Source: an uncultured Verrucomicrobiae bacterium (lineage in GTDB: Bacteria > Verrucomicrobiota > Verrucomicrobiia > Chthoniobacterales > Terrimicrobiaceae). From it: a stretch of 64,000 nt of DNA. The notes beneath the pieces are model-generated. The model ran no database searches. It was not told the DNA's origin and saw only the letters and a program-made list of their open reading frames with translations. The DNA is taken from NCBI GenBank assembly GCA_963706955.1, contig CAVPOC010000002.1:192001-256000 (forward strand). Direction: 5' to 3'. This document shows positions 37,817-49,512 of this stretch, one piece after another (position 1 is the first letter of the stretch; the number at the start of each line of letters is the position of its first letter). The translations under genes and the position numbers were made by a program.

Positions 37817-38845
37817 ATGCACGAGCGATACGATTTCGCCAGCGACAACACGGCTGGGCTTTGTCCCGAGGCGTTCAGGCGCTTGCTGACGCGAACGACG
37901 GTTGCTGCCCATCCTACGGAGAGGATGTTTATACCGCCCGCGCGACCGACATGATTCGGGAGATCTTCGAGACCGATTGTGATGTCTATTTTGTCTTCAA
38001 TGGAACGGCGGCCAACTCTCTCGCGCTGGCTTCGATGTGTCGGAGCTACCATAGCGTTGTTTGTCACGAGATCTCGCATATCGAGACGGATGAGTGCGGC
38101 GCACCCGAGTTCTTTTCCAATGGAACCAAGATCCTGGTGACAGCTCGGGCCCAATGGCAAACTTGACCTCGCCGGAATCGAACGGATGATCCTGAGGCGC
38201 TCTGACATCCACTATCCAAAACCGCGCGTGGTCAGCCTGGCACAGCCAACCGAGCTTGGCGGTCTTTATGCCGGAGAGGAGATACGCGAAATTGCCGGTC
38301 TGGCGCGATTTCATGGACTGCACGTTCACATGGATGGGGCTCGCTTTGCCAATGCCGCGGCAGCCGTGGGCGGTTCGCCGGCCGAACTTACCTGGCGCGC
38401 CGGGGTGGACGTTCTCTGCTTCGGGGGAATCAAGCCGGGTATTGCCTTGAGTGAGGCGGTGGTCTTCTTCGACCGCAAGCTTTCCGAGGAGTTCGACTAT
38501 CGCTGCAAACAAGGCGGACAGCTCGCCGCCAAGATGCGATTCTCCTCAGCGCCATGGGCGGCCTGCCTGGAGGATGGCATCTGGTTGCGCAACGCAGAAC
38601 ATGCCAATCGGGCCGCCCGCCTTCTCGCCGAGCAATTGCGCGTCGTCCCAGGCGTCGAAATTGCCCATCCGGTCGCGGCGAATGCCGTCTTTGCCGTAAT
38701 CTCCCCGTCGGTCCACGCGCGCCTGCAGAAAGCAGGCTGGCGGTATTATGAATTCATTGGCGGCACCGCCCGCTTGATGACTTCTTGGCGGACGTCGGAG
38801 GAGGATGTCGCCGCCTTCGTAGCCAGCGCGAGCGGCGAATGCTAA
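37817..38845 (+). CDS. ltaE: Low-specificity L-threonine aldolase (frameshifts near 37860 and 38150)
   Basis: FASDN, FVFNGTAAN, HIETDECGAPEF, HMDGARFANA, K.GQLAAKMRF. Confidence 0.88.
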
Positions 38846-38907
38846 TACGCTACGGAGGATCGCCAGCTATTAGCTTATAGTTAGTGTCCCATTGCACAGA
38901 TAGCCCT

Positions 38908-38965
38908 GTAGCGGCGGTGTCCCCACCGCCGACCAGCCCCTCGACCGTGAGGACACGGTCGCTAC
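38908..38965. repeat. 58-bp GTAG REP doublet (family 1, copy 2)
   Basis: GTAG-cggcggtg-tccc-caccgccg…cgaccgtg-agga-cacggtcg-CTAC. Confidence 0.85.
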
Positions 38966-39136
38966 AGTGTGTGCTGCCTGCACTTAGTTTAGCGGCGTGG
39001 CGACGAAAATCAGCTTAGACGTATTAGTCAACGATTGGTCGACGGCGATCACCGCCGAAAACTGGTGGCGCCCTTACCCTTGGCTATATTTGCAGCATAC
39101 CGTAGCACTACCGGGGCGTCGTATTGCTCCTGAGGC

Positions 39137-40412
39137 TTAGCTTGTCCAAGTCTCGACGGGCAAGGTGAGCCGATCCTCGAATATCCTTAGCCTTAGCATG
39201 TCGAGAGCCGTCTGCGTGGCCAGCTGTTTAAAGGTTTCCCGATCGGTGGGAAACAGTTCGCGACGGCATTCGGTGGTAACGCCTCGTTCGGCAATCGCGA
39301 TGAAGACAGTGCCGACCGGTTTCTCGATAGTCCCACCCGCTGGACCGGCAATCCCAGTAATTCCCAAGCCGAAATCGGCGCCGGCTTTTTCAGCGGCGCC
39401 TTCGGCCATGGCGCGGGCCACCGGGTCGCTGACGGCTCCGTGCAAGGCGAGGAGCCTCTCCGGCACGCTGATGGTTCGAATCTTTGCCTCGTTGGAATAG
39501 GTGACGAACCCTTCCGAGAAACACGAGAGATGCGCCCGGGCACATTGGTGATGCGGTTGGCGAGCAATCCGCCGGTGCAGGATTCAGCGGCCGCCAGGGT
39601 CTTTCGGACCTGGCTGAGCCGACTTACCACGACCTCCTCGATATTGATCACCGTCCACCGAGACCAGGTGGGTTCCCATGGCGGCCAGGACAAGCGGTTC
39701 CACTTCTTCCAGGACCGCACGAGGGGCGATCAATCGGAAGTCCACTTCGTTCGGACGTGCGCAATAGCCGACTTCGATGTCACCCCTGCGGCTCAACTCC
39801 ATGCCGATGAGCTCTTCGACGACGCTTTCTCCCAAGCCGACGATATGGTAGGTGCGGCACTCCTGGTCGTTCAGATCTCCACGAATGCTTCGAAGCATCG
39901 GACGAACGCAGCTCTCGAACATCGGCTTCAACTCACGCGGAGGACCAGGCAGCAGAAACAAGTGCGGCGTCGAGAGCGCTGGAGTCAAGACGGGCGGGAT
40001 ATAAAGTCCGGGCGCGGTCCCATGACCGTTGGGAAGGACCGTGGCGCCTTCCGGAACCATCGCCTGGCGAAGCATGCGCGAGCGCAGGAGAATTCTTCTG
40101 CGCGCGAGCCTTTCCATGATGGCGCGGGCGACGGTCTCATCCTCAACCAGGCGAAACCCGAGCAACTCCGCAGTGATCTCACGAGTGATGTCATCACTGG
40201 TTGGTCCGAGGCCGCCGGTAACAATGAGGATATCGCAACGGTCGAAAGCCTCCAAGAGCGCGTCGCGAATAGCAGCGCCATCCGGTATCGTCGTTTGTCT
40301 CGCAATCCGCAGACCAAGCGGGAAAGAGTTGCTGACCGAGATAGGCCAGGTGCGTGTTCGTGACGCTGCCAAGGAGCAGCTCCGTCCCGGTATTGAGGAT
40401 CTCAACGTTCAC
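39137..40412 (-). CDS. cinA: Competence/damage-inducible protein CinA (MoCF + NMN deamidase), several frameshifts
   Basis: ILNTGTELLLG…NT, TGGLGPTSDDIT, GTAPG, LPGPPREL, AESCTGG, GITGIAGPAGG…KPVGTV. Confidence 0.9.
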
Positions 40413-40485
40413 AGCCGCTTCGAATTGGTGTCGCTTCGCATCCGTTAGGTTGGCGGTGCGACGAAGGTCGGGCCGCCGAAATCGC

Positions 40486-41313
40486 TCAGCGCTCTCGCGA
40501 GAGAGCCTTAATCCAGGCATTTACTCGCGTGTGCTTCTCGAGTTCCTTTCGCAAGTCGTAAACATAGAGAAGATTCGCGAGCACCCGGAGCAGGATCTGT
40601 CGCGGCGTCGCGGGCTCGAGATGCACGGCGCGCAAACGCAGGTTTTGCCGGGTGAGAATCTCCTCGCAATCCGCCTTCGTTAGGATCCGCCCTTTATGAA
40701 AGGGGTCGAAAAGCACCTCTCCGTGGCGGGCAATGAAATGTCCCGGCAAATTGATCCCATCGACTTTCATCCCCGCGCGGCCGGCGACCATCCGGTAAAG
40801 AATCGCCAAGGTGATGGGAATGCCCATGCGCGTCTCGATGACGTGCGGCAAGAGCGAATTGCGCTCACTGTAATAATCGTCGGTGTTTCCTCGAAAGCAC
40901 AATTCATCGGCCATGAAATCGGCGAGAGCTTGCGCGCGTTGACGATTGCTGACGGTCCCGGAGATCCTGACCAGGAACTGTCTGCCCCATTGATTGACCC
41001 GATGTTCAAACGCTTCGATATCAACGGAGGGATCCAGAGTGTGGGCAAGCATCCAACAGGCCCTTTCGAGATCGCTGTCGTCGTTGAAAAAGTGGCACAA
41101 GAGGAGGAATTCTTCGTCCGCCCCCTGACAAGCGATTTCCGCCAGCACGTCGCGGGCGTGACGCGAGACCCTCTCGTCATCCATCTGCGCCAAATCGCGC
41201 AGGCCGGAGATCCATTCCTCTCCAGCCAGGGCCAGTTGCTCTTTGACCAGTCGCACTGTCTCCGGATCGTCGTCCCGAAGCAGGCGCACGATGGCGTCAC
41301 GTTGCGCAAACAT
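40486..41313 (-). CDS. SirB1/transglutaminase-like family protein
   Basis: FRGNTDDYYSERNSLL.V..RMGIPITL, GINLPGHF, DPF, ILLRVLANL. Confidence 0.85.
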   Translation of the reverse strand: MFAQRDAIVRLLRDDDPETVRLVKEQLALAGEEWISGLRDLAQMDDERVSRHARDVLAEIACQGADEEFLLLCHFFNDDSDLERACWMLAHTLDPSVDIEAFEHRVNQWGRQFLVRISGTVSNRQRAQALADFMADELCFRGNTDDYYSERNSLLPHVIETRMGIPITLAILYRMVAGRAGMKVDGINLPGHFIARHGEVLFDPFHKGRILTKADCEEILTRQNLRLRAVHLEPATPRQILLRVLANLLYVYDLRKELEKHTRVNAWIKALSRER

Positions 41314-41433
41314 GGCGGTGATTTTGTACTCCGAAAGTCTGCCGAGCGCAAGCCGGCGGGAAGGTCAGAACCTCAGATGAGCTCTGGGCTTGGGAGCACT
41401 CCTTCATCGACGATCCGCTTTGGAGACGAGTAT

Positions 41434-41619
41434 TCATCCTGGTTGCGCCTCAACGGTCTCGACCCTGCCGGGACGGCAGCGAATCGACAAGGCGATCGGG
41501 CGGCAGCAGGTCCCACAATCCTCGATGGTAGAATAGGATCCTTTTTCCGTGTCGGCTTCGATCGTGAAGGCCGATCCGCAGAACGGGCAGATCACCTCAA
41601 TGTCCTCGATCAGGTTCAT
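41434..41619 (-). CDS. CPXCG-motif cysteine-rich small protein
   Basis: ICPFCG…EDCGTCCRPI. Confidence 0.85.
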   Translation of the reverse strand: MNLIEDIEVICPFCGSAFTIEADTEKGSYSTIEDCGTCCRPIALSIRCRPGRVETVEAQPG

Positions 41620-41681
41620 CTCAGTGGCTTCCGTCCAGAATCTACACGCGACTCTTCGGCTTGCAAACGGCGCGTTGGCAA

Positions 41682-42029
41682 TCAAGCGAACTCGATGCGC
41701 TTCGCGTCGCTCCAAAGATTTTCGAGAGAGTAGAATTGGCGCTTGGCTCCATGGAAGAGGTGCACGATCACATCGCCGTAATCGAGGATGATCCATTGGC
41801 TAGCCGGGTAGCCATCCTCGGAAAAAGGCGTGCGTCCGAGCCGGTCTCTGACCTGTTCACGCACCGAGCTGGAAATGGCTTTGAGCTGCGGCTCCGAGGT
41901 TGCCGAGCAAATGACGAAGTAATCGGTGAAGGTGGAGATGCCGCGCAAGTCGAGGATGACGATATCGAGGGCTTTCTTGTCTGCCGCGGCGGCGGCGCAG
42001 GCCTGGCACAAGATCTCGCCGTCAGTCAT
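41682..42029 (-). CDS. rsfS: Ribosome silencing factor
   Basis: DKKALDI, DYFVICS, WIILDYGDVIVHLF…FYSLENLW. Confidence 0.95.
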   Translation of the reverse strand: MTDGEILCQACAAAAADKKALDIVILDLRGISTFTDYFVICSATSEPQLKAISSSVREQVRDRLGRTPFSEDGYPASQWIILDYGDVIVHLFHGAKRQFYSLENLWSDAKRIEFA

Positions 42030-42599
42030 TGCGGTAGAGCCCGAGCTTGGCGATCAATTGCGCAGACGGGCAGCGGCGCCATGTAGCGCACGGAAAGGCC
42101 GCGGGCCACGCGTTTGCGAATCTCGGTGGAGGAGATCTCAATATGCCGGGTAATGGTTGGAAATCGTGAGAGGAATGGCATCCCAGCGCGTGAGAGAACG
42201 ACAAACTGCGCGGTCTCAAGAAGCTTATGGCTTTCCTTCCAGGTTTCCAGCTCAGCCAGGTTGTCATCGCCGATAAAGTAGTAGAGTTGCGGCCTGGGGA
42301 TGGCGGGCGCGAAACGACTGGACGGTATCGATGGTGAACGAAGGTCCTTCGCGCTCAATTTCGCAGGCGTCCATTTCGAAGCGCGGCTCTTCGGCGATGG
42401 CGGCGGAGAGCATCTGGCAGCGTGCTTCCGGGGGCGCAGGGGGACGGTCGAGTTTGTGCGGAGAAATGCGTGCAGGCAGAAAGATCACCTTATCTAATTC
42501 GAGGCGCTCCATCGCATCGCGCGCAAGGATCAGGTGGCCATTGTGTATCGGATCGAAGCTGCCGCCATAGAGTCCAATCTTTTCGGTTGGTTTCGACAC
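42022..42599 (-). CDS. nadD: Nicotinate-nucleotide adenylyltransferase (frameshifts near 42295 and 42080)
   Basis: GGSFDPIHNGH, SPHK, SFTIDT, FIGDD, ISSTEIR; canonical nadD-rsfS order. Confidence 0.92.
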
Positions 42600-42621
42600 G
42601 TGGTTGTGTATTCACGCACTT

Positions 42622-43737
42622 ATGCCATCGAGCGATTTGGGTCAACTCTTGCTCGTCGGCGTTCCAGGCCCTACGCTGGATGCCGAAGCGGCGGCCTTCT
42701 TTCGGAGTCTTCAGCCGGGAGGATACATTCTCTTTGGGCGAAATATCAGCTCGCCGGCTCAACTGCGTAAGTTGATCGACGATCTTCGCGACCTAAGTCG
42801 GGTCGAACCCATTATCACCATCGATCAGGAGGGCGGCAGGGTTTCCCGCCTGAAGCTTATTGGCAATGAACCTCCCAACGCTCGCCAGCTCCGCGATAAG
42901 GGGGATCCAGCTCTCATCCGCCGACATGGCGACATTACGGGACGGCTGCTCAGGCTTTTCGGCTTCAATCTCGATCTCTGTCCGGTGCTGGACATTTCCT
43001 TCGACGACGAAGCTGACAATTCCTTGCGCGGGCGGTGTTACGGCCGCACGGCGGCAGAGGTCATCGCGAATGCTGAACACTTTAACGCCGCGCTGCGGGC
43101 GACCGGCGTCCTGAGTTGCGGCAAACATTTTCCCGGCTATGCCTGCGCTGGCTTTGACCCTCATCACGAACTTCCCGTGATCGTGCGCTCGCGCGAAGAG
43201 TTGGAGCGCAATGAACTCGCCGTCTTCCGCGAGTTCGTCCGAAAGGTGGATAGCATGATGATCGCGCATATCAGCCTCTCGGGTCTGGAACCTGGCGACC
43301 TGCCCGCTTCGCTTTCTCCAGCTCTTATCCGCGGCCTCTTACGCGAAGAGATGGGTTTCGATGGCTTGGTCATGACCGACGATCTGGACATGGGCGCCAT
43401 CCTCAATCACTACGGCTTCGAGGAGACCATCAGAAAAGGCATCGCAGCTGGCAATGATCTTCTCATGATCTGTCATCGCATCGAGCTTGCCGCCCAGGCT
43501 AAGACCTTGCTGGAAAGCCTGCCCGTCGCCGCCGTCGAGTCCGGCCTCGAGGCGATTGCAAAATTCAAGGCGCGGCTTGTCCCTCCCGACGAGTTCAGCG
43601 AGGCGGCATTCCAAGCGCTGGACGACGGAGGTTTGGGATCTGCGCGTTCGCACTTTGGGGAGACGAGCAGGCTGCCGCGCGAAGTCCCGAGGATGGCAAG
43701 CGCTCCCCGGTCGAGATCTATTAGGGCCGTTGATTGA
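42622..43737 (+). CDS. nagZ: GH3 beta-N-acetylhexosaminidase (possible frameshift near the 3' end)
   Basis: ILFGRN, DQEGGRV, KHFPG, MIAH, TDDLDMGA. Confidence 0.88.
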   Translation: MPSSDLGQLLLVGVPGPTLDAEAAAFFRSLQPGGYILFGRNISSPAQLRKLIDDLRDLSRVEPIITIDQEGGRVSRLKLIGNEPPNARQLRDKGDPALIRRHGDITGRLLRLFGFNLDLCPVLDISFDDEADNSLRGRCYGRTAAEVIANAEHFNAALRATGVLSCGKHFPGYACAGFDPHHELPVIVRSREELERNELAVFREFVRKVDSMMIAHISLSGLEPGDLPASLSPALIRGLLREEMGFDGLVMTDDLDMGAILNHYGFEETIRKGIAAGNDLLMICHRIELAAQAKTLLESLPVAAVESGLEAIAKFKARLVPPDEFSEAAFQALDDGGLGSARSHFGETSRLPREVPRMASAPRSRSIRAVD

Positions 43738-43785
43738 TTCTGGGGAGCATTGCGGATCGATCAGGGCTTGTCCAAGCGCGCTGCT

Positions 43786-43843
43786 GTAGCGGCGCTGTCC
43801 CCAGCGCCGATGGAGCCTTTGACCGTGAGGACGCGGTCGCTAC
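43786..43843. repeat. 58-bp GTAG REP doublet (family 1, copy 3)
   Basis: GTAG-cggcgctg-tccc-cagcgccg…tgaccgtg-agga-cgcggtcg-CTAC. Confidence 0.85.
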
Positions 43844-43925
43844 AAAGAATCGCGCCGCTCTGTGCGATAGCCTATGGCGACTTTCGGAGATCGCTCTCGA
43901 GACCTCTCAGGAGGCGAGTTCGCTA

Positions 43926-45374
43926 CTATTGCAGCATCGCGAGCAACGGTTGGGGGAAGATGCCAAAGACAATTATCCCGATACTCAGGAAGGCGATCAG
44001 GAATTTGCTCAAGGCGGGAACCGCGATCGTCGGGGCGCCCTCGGGCGCAGGTTGCCAGTACATCGCTCGGACCACCTTCAAATAATAATAAAAGCCGCTT
44101 GCCACCGTGACGGCTCCAATCGCGATGAGCAGGTATTGGTGACTTCGCATCGCCGCTTCAAAAATGAAAAACTTTCCCAGAAAGCCGACGGTGAAGGGAA
44201 GGCCCGCCAAGGAAAGCATCGAGATCAACATCCCTAAGGCTAAGAGCGGCGACCTTCTGCCCAGACCGTTGAAGTCTGAAATCTCATCGCTTCCGGATAC
44301 GCGGGCGACGTGCTGCAGGACGAGAAAGGCCAGAAAAGTCATCAGTAAATAGCCGGCGAGGTAAAATCCAATCACTGGGCCGGAGTGGCCATGCTCAAAG
44401 CTGGCTACCCCAATGAGGAGATAGCCCGCGTGAGCAATGCTAGAGTATCCGAGCAGACGTTTGAGGTTTGTTTGCGGCATCGCGGCAAGATTGCCGTAGA
44501 TCAGTGTGCAAGCGGCCAGGGCGGTCAGGGCAATGAGGAGCTTGGCTTCGATCGTGGAAATTACAAAAAAAGGCTCGAGCACCCTCAGCAGGACGATAAA
44601 ACCAGCCGCTTTCGAGGCGACGGAAAGAAATGCCGTGATGGGAGTCGGCGCGCCTTGATAGACGTCTGGCACCCAAAATTGAAATGGCACCGCGGCGATC
44701 TTAAAGCCAAGGGAAACCAAGACCATGCCCAGGCCAAAGAGCACCGCAACGAGGTAACCCTGCGATAGCAGCGGCAGCGCCTGGCGAATCTCGCGCAAGG
44801 ACGTCTGACCAGTGACGCCGAAGATCCAGGTGATGCCATAAACAATGAACCCGGTGGAGAGCGCTCCCAGGATGAGATACTTCACGCCTGCCTCGAGGCT
44901 GGCGGTATGCTTTCGCATGCTGGCCACCAGCACGTAGAAGCTGACGGTAACGAGCTCAAGCGAGACGAAGATCATGATGAAATCCGCAGCCGAAACCATC
45001 CACATCAAGCCCGCACACGTAAACAGTGGCAGCGTCAGAAATTCCCCCAAGCCGGCCTGTGGAGTCGCCGAGGGAATGAATTGCTCGTAGACGGGTGCGT
45101 ACTCAATCCCAAGGCAAATCGTCAAAATCGTCGAAAGCAAGATAAAGCGCTTAAAGAAGAGGGCTGGCTGATCTACCAGATAAAAGTCCGGAGGAATGAT
45201 GCTCTTTGGCATCGGACCGGTAAGAAATGAAAGCCCCAGGATCGCGAGTAAACCGGCGATGGCCGCCCAGCCAAGCGAGATTTTGTCGATCTTTGAAAAG
45301 CAATCCATCATCAGCAGGAAAATGCCGACGCAGACCACCGAAATCTCGAGCGCGAACGGAGGGATCCAAATCAT
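43926..45374 (-). CDS. nuoN: NADH-quinone oxidoreductase subunit N
   Basis: EAGVKYLILG, FKIAAVPFQFWVPDVYQGAP, KRLLGYSSIAHAGY. Confidence 0.93.
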   Translation of the reverse strand: MIWIPPFALEISVVCVGIFLLMMDCFSKIDKISLGWAAIAGLLAILGLSFLTGPMPKSIIPPDFYLVDQPALFFKRFILLSTILTICLGIEYAPVYEQFIPSATPQAGLGEFLTLPLFTCAGLMWMVSAADFIMIFVSLELVTVSFYVLVASMRKHTASLEAGVKYLILGALSTGFIVYGITWIFGVTGQTSLREIRQALPLLSQGYLVAVLFGLGMVLVSLGFKIAAVPFQFWVPDVYQGAPTPITAFLSVASKAAGFIVLLRVLEPFFVISTIEAKLLIALTALAACTLIYGNLAAMPQTNLKRLLGYSSIAHAGYLLIGVASFEHGHSGPVIGFYLAGYLLMTFLAFLVLQHVARVSGSDEISDFNGLGRRSPLLALGMLISMLSLAGLPFTVGFLGKFFIFEAAMRSHQYLLIAIGAVTVASGFYYYLKVVRAMYWQPAPEGAPTIAVPALSKFLIAFLSIGIIVFGIFPQPLLAMLQ

Positions 45375-46842
45375 GGCCACATCAAAGCGGGCGTGACATA
45401 GTTCAGGACGATCTGCGGGAAGAATCCTGTCAGGAGCAGCAGGAAGATAAGCCCGGCGATGCAAATCCGGGGGAGAGCACCAATGTCCGGCAGGGTCTTC
45501 CATTTATCGCCGATCGGACCCATAAAAATCCGTCGGTAGGAGCGGAGCAGAAAGACCGCTGAAATCACCACGCCCCAAACCGCCACTACCGCTGCAATTT
45601 GAAACTCGTTGAGGCCGACCTTGACCGGCACACCGGCTGAGAACGCCCCGAAGAAGATCATCAGCTCGGCCGCAAAATTCGCGAAGCCAGGCAGGCCGAC
45701 CGCGGCCATCGTCGCAAAACCGAAAAGCAGCCCGAAGGTGGGCATGACTTTGGCAAGCCCTCCGAGCTCGGCGAAATCAAGTGTTCCTGTCCTTTCGCGG
45801 AGTTCGCCGCTGAGCGCGAAGAGCGCTGCGATCGATAATCCATGCGCGACCAGCATCAGCGCGGCGCCCGCCAATCCCAGCGTCTTCCATGTCAAAAGGC
45901 CCAGGAAAAGATAACCCATATGCATGACGCTGGCGTAGCCGAGCATCAGATCCAGCTTGCGCTGCGAGATCGTGACATACCCTACATAGAGGATGTTTCC
46001 AAGGACCAGGACCAAGAGAAGCGTATTCAATCCCTCGGAGAGGTTCGGCGGAAAGACCGGCAGGATCAGTCGGAAAATCCCATAGAGTCCAAACTTTTTG
46101 AGAACGCCGGCATGCAAGCATTGCTGCCGGTGCGGGCGCCGACGCGTACGCCTGGGGCGCCCAGGTATGAAACGGAAAAAGGGAGACCAAAATCCCAAAG
46201 CCAAGCACGATCAAGATGTAGACGGTCGCGCTGGGTTGGGCGGCACCGGACGAGGCCAACTCCGCGATGCGCCGCATGTCAAAAGTGCGATCGCTCTCCG
46301 GCAGGCTCAGGTAGAGGCCAAGCAAACCGATCAGAAGAATGAAGCTGCCAAAGGCCAGGTAGGTCGTCACTTTCCAGGCGGCGGCCTGGCGGTCGCCCGA
46401 TCCCCAGATGCCGATCAGCAAGAATGTCGGGATGAGCGCGAGCTCATGGAACATGTAAAAGAAAAATGTGTCGAGGGAGGCAAAAGCGCCGATCGCCCCG
46501 GCGGAGATGAAGAGCAGGACTGGCATAGAACCAGTTTCCGTTCTTCGGAGGCGTCCGCGCGACACAAACCGCCGCCAGCGTTACCGCCGTTGACATGAGG
46601 AGAACGGCAACGCTCAATCCATCCGCTCCCAGCGTGAAGTGAATGCCCAGTGATGGAACTACCGGATACGAGCTGATGAACTGGTAGCCTCCGGTAGGCT
46701 GGCACATGCCAAAGATGATCAGACTCGCCAGGAAGTTTAGCATGGATGCCACCACCGCCGTGTTTCGGGCCTGTGTTCCCGCGATAATCAGGATCGCACC
46801 CGCGATCGGCAGGACAACAAGGCAAAGCAACGGGCTGATCAT
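45371..46842 (-). CDS. nuoM: NADH-quinone oxidoreductase subunit M (frameshifts)
   Basis: DGLS, FHELALIP, FPFHTWAP, KFGLYG, SVMHMG, HG, GLPGFANF across three frames. Confidence 0.9.
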
Positions 46843-48643
46843 GCCAACAAGATGTAAATCAGACCTACTACTCCGGCGCCAAAGAAGAAGGAGTAAGCCT
46901 GGATGTTCCCCAATTGAAGAAAGCGTAGGACGTATCCGCAGGCCCACGTGAATCGGGCGGGAAGTTGCACCACGAAGAGGTCAATAATCCAACGATCGAC
47001 CCAGCCACTGAGCATCGCCAAACCGTCCTGCCCGGTTCGCACGAACCAGTTGTAGAAGTCGTCGATGTAAAGCCGATTGGCAAAGAGCGGAATGACGAAT
47101 CGGATCCTTCGCCGGTTTCCAATAGAGCACGAGGGCGAGCCCGCCACCTAAAACGAAGAGCGCCAAGAGAGCGTAGTGCAAGGCCTCAGGCACGTGCTCG
47201 GGCTCCTCGATGTGAAAAAAGATCTTCTCGACCTGCGCATAGCCCGCCCCGAATGCCGGGATTGCCAGGAGCATGAGAGGGATAACCATCACCGCGGGTG
47301 ATTCGTGGGCATGCTCGGCAGTCTCGCTTCGGGGAGGACCGAGAAATACGACCGCCAGGAGCCGAAACATATAGAAGGCGGTCAGTCCCGCTGTTGCCAC
47401 GGCGATCCAGCCAAGGATCGGTTTTTCAACCACCGCCCAGGCGATGATCAGGTCCTTGCTGAAATAGCCACTGAATCCCGGGCAACCTGTCAATGCCAAG
47501 GTTCCCACGATAAGGCATGCAAAAGTCAACGGAGTCTTTCCCTTGAGCCCGCCCATCTGCCAGATGTCCTGTTCGTGATGAAGCGCGACAATCACGGAAC
47601 CCGCACACAGGAAGAGCAGGCATTTGAAAAAGGCATGCGTAAAGAGGTGAAACATCGGCACGTCGGGCACTGGAGCGACGCCGACTCCCAGCACCATGTA
47701 GCCAAGCTGCGAGATCGTTGAATAGGCCAGGATGCGCTTGATATCGTTCTGCTGTGTCGCCATCAGCGCCGCCGCCAGACAGGTGAGGGCGCCTACCCAG
47801 GCGATCACGTCCCTCGCCATCGGCGCGACAACCAGAAGCGGAAAGACGCGCGCCAGCATATACACGCCCGCCGCCACCATCGTGGCCGCATGAAGCAGCG
47901 AGGAAACCGGAGTGGGGCCTTCCATGGAATTCGGAAGCCAGACATGAAGGGGCAACTGCGCGGATTTTCCCACTGCGCCGCAGAACACTAAAATACAGGC
48001 GATGTTCAGATAGAGGCTTTGTGATTCGAGCAAAGGAACTTTGGCAAAGATCTCGCCGAAGATGACCGAACCGGCGGCATGCCAAAGCATGAGGATGCCG
48101 AGCATGAACCCAAAGTCACCGATCCGATTGACGATGAAGGCTTGCTTGCACGCGTCGGCGGCCGAAGCCCTGCCGTAGTAATGTCCAATCAGGATATAGG
48201 AGCTGACGCCGACCAACTCCCAAAAGATGAACATCATGACAAAGTTGTTCGCCAGGACGATGCCGAGCATCGAGAAGAGGAATAGCGCCAGCCCGGCGAA
48301 GTAACGCCAATAGCCCTCTTCATGAGCCATGTAGCCGATCGAGTAGATGAAGACCAGGGGAGCAATCGTATTGACCACGACAAGCATCGTCCTGCTGAGC
48401 GGATCGACGATCATACCAATGGGAACGGTGAAGACGTCGCGAATGTTGATCCAAGGAGACCTGATTCGGTGTGACGTCGCCTGGCTGAAAGAAGAGCCAC
48501 CAGCTAAGCGCCGATGAGAGCAAGGCAGCGCCAATCGCCAGGCCGGCACTAAACTTCCGCGAGTATTTTCCGAAGAAGAGGATGAGGGCAGCGGAAACCA
48601 GCGGCGCGAAGAGAATAATCCAGGGAACCGTGGCGGCGCTCAT
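46839..48643 (-). CDS. nuoL: NADH-quinone oxidoreductase subunit L (frameshifts near both ends)
   Basis: WELVGVSSY, NRIGD, GKSAQLPLHVWLP…MEGPTPVS, HAATMV, THAFFK. Confidence 0.93.
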
Positions 48644-48966
48644 CAGAATTTCATGCTGGTGAGATCCTCAACATGGATGGTCTGCTTGGCGCGAAAGAGC
48701 GCCACAATGATGGCCAGACCCACCGCCACCTCCGCGGCCGCCACGGTGATCACGAAAAATACAAGCACCTGTCCGTTGTAATTCGGCAAGCCGGCAACGT
48801 TAACATTGAAGCGCGAAAACGCTACCAACGAGAGGTTGGCGGCGTTGAGCATAAGCTCGAGGCACATGAATATTACAATGATGTTCCTCCGCACAATGAC
48901 ACCGGCCAGGCCGATGGTAAAAAGCAGGCCACTCACGGCCAGGTAATGTCCAAGAGTTGGGGTCAC
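48643..48966 (-). CDS. nuoK: NADH-quinone oxidoreductase subunit K
   Basis: RRNII…[20 protein letters not shown]. Confidence 0.95.
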   Translation of the reverse strand: MTPTLGHYLAVSGLLFTIGLAGVIVRRNIIVIFMCLELMLNAANLSLVAFSRFNVNVAGLPNYNGQVLVFFVITVAAAEVAVGLAIIVALFRAKQTIHVEDLTSMKF

Positions 48967-49464
48967 TTGAGCTCCCTTCTGCTGAGCACGACCACCCCGA
49001 CAGTGGCGACCAGCAGAAGCACACCGACGATCTGGAACGGGAGATTGAAATAACGAAAGAGCATTAATCCGATCGCGGTGACATCGCTGATCTGCGTGGA
49101 AACTGGCGGCTTCTCCAAATCAAAACCCAGTTCGGACGAAAGAACCTTTCCAAGCAAACCGACCAGCCCGAAGACCACAAGTCCGCCGCCCGTCCACGCT
49201 CCGATATTGAGATTGCGGGGACGCTCAGCTGCGGAGATCCAGAAGCATGATGATGAAGAGAAAGAGCACCATCACCGCGCCCGCATAGACGAGCACCTGC
49301 ACGACTCCTATAAAGAAGGCGTCCAGAGTCACGAAGAGGGCGGCCATGAAGACAAGGGAAACCACCAGGCTCAGGGCGCTCGACACCGGATTACGCAGGA
49401 AAATGACGGCCGCTCCAAAGATGAGCATGAGCAGGGAGAAAATCCAGAACAGAGCGAGCTGCAT
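48963..49464 (-). CDS. nuoJ: NADH-quinone oxidoreductase subunit J (frameshift near 49230)
   Basis: [29 protein letters not shown]-part [18 protein letters not shown]. Confidence 0.92.
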
Positions 49465-49512
49465 ATTGGACGGTGGAGCGAAACGGGTTTTAGCAGCGTC
49501 GCGTGGACAGTG

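Noticed and set aside
36117..49464. Calling nadD, nuoJ/L/M, cinA, ltaE and others pseudogenes or programmed frameshifts
   Set aside because: Motifs are intact, several genes are normally essential, and indels are scattered without consistent slippery sites; sequencing error is more parsimonious.
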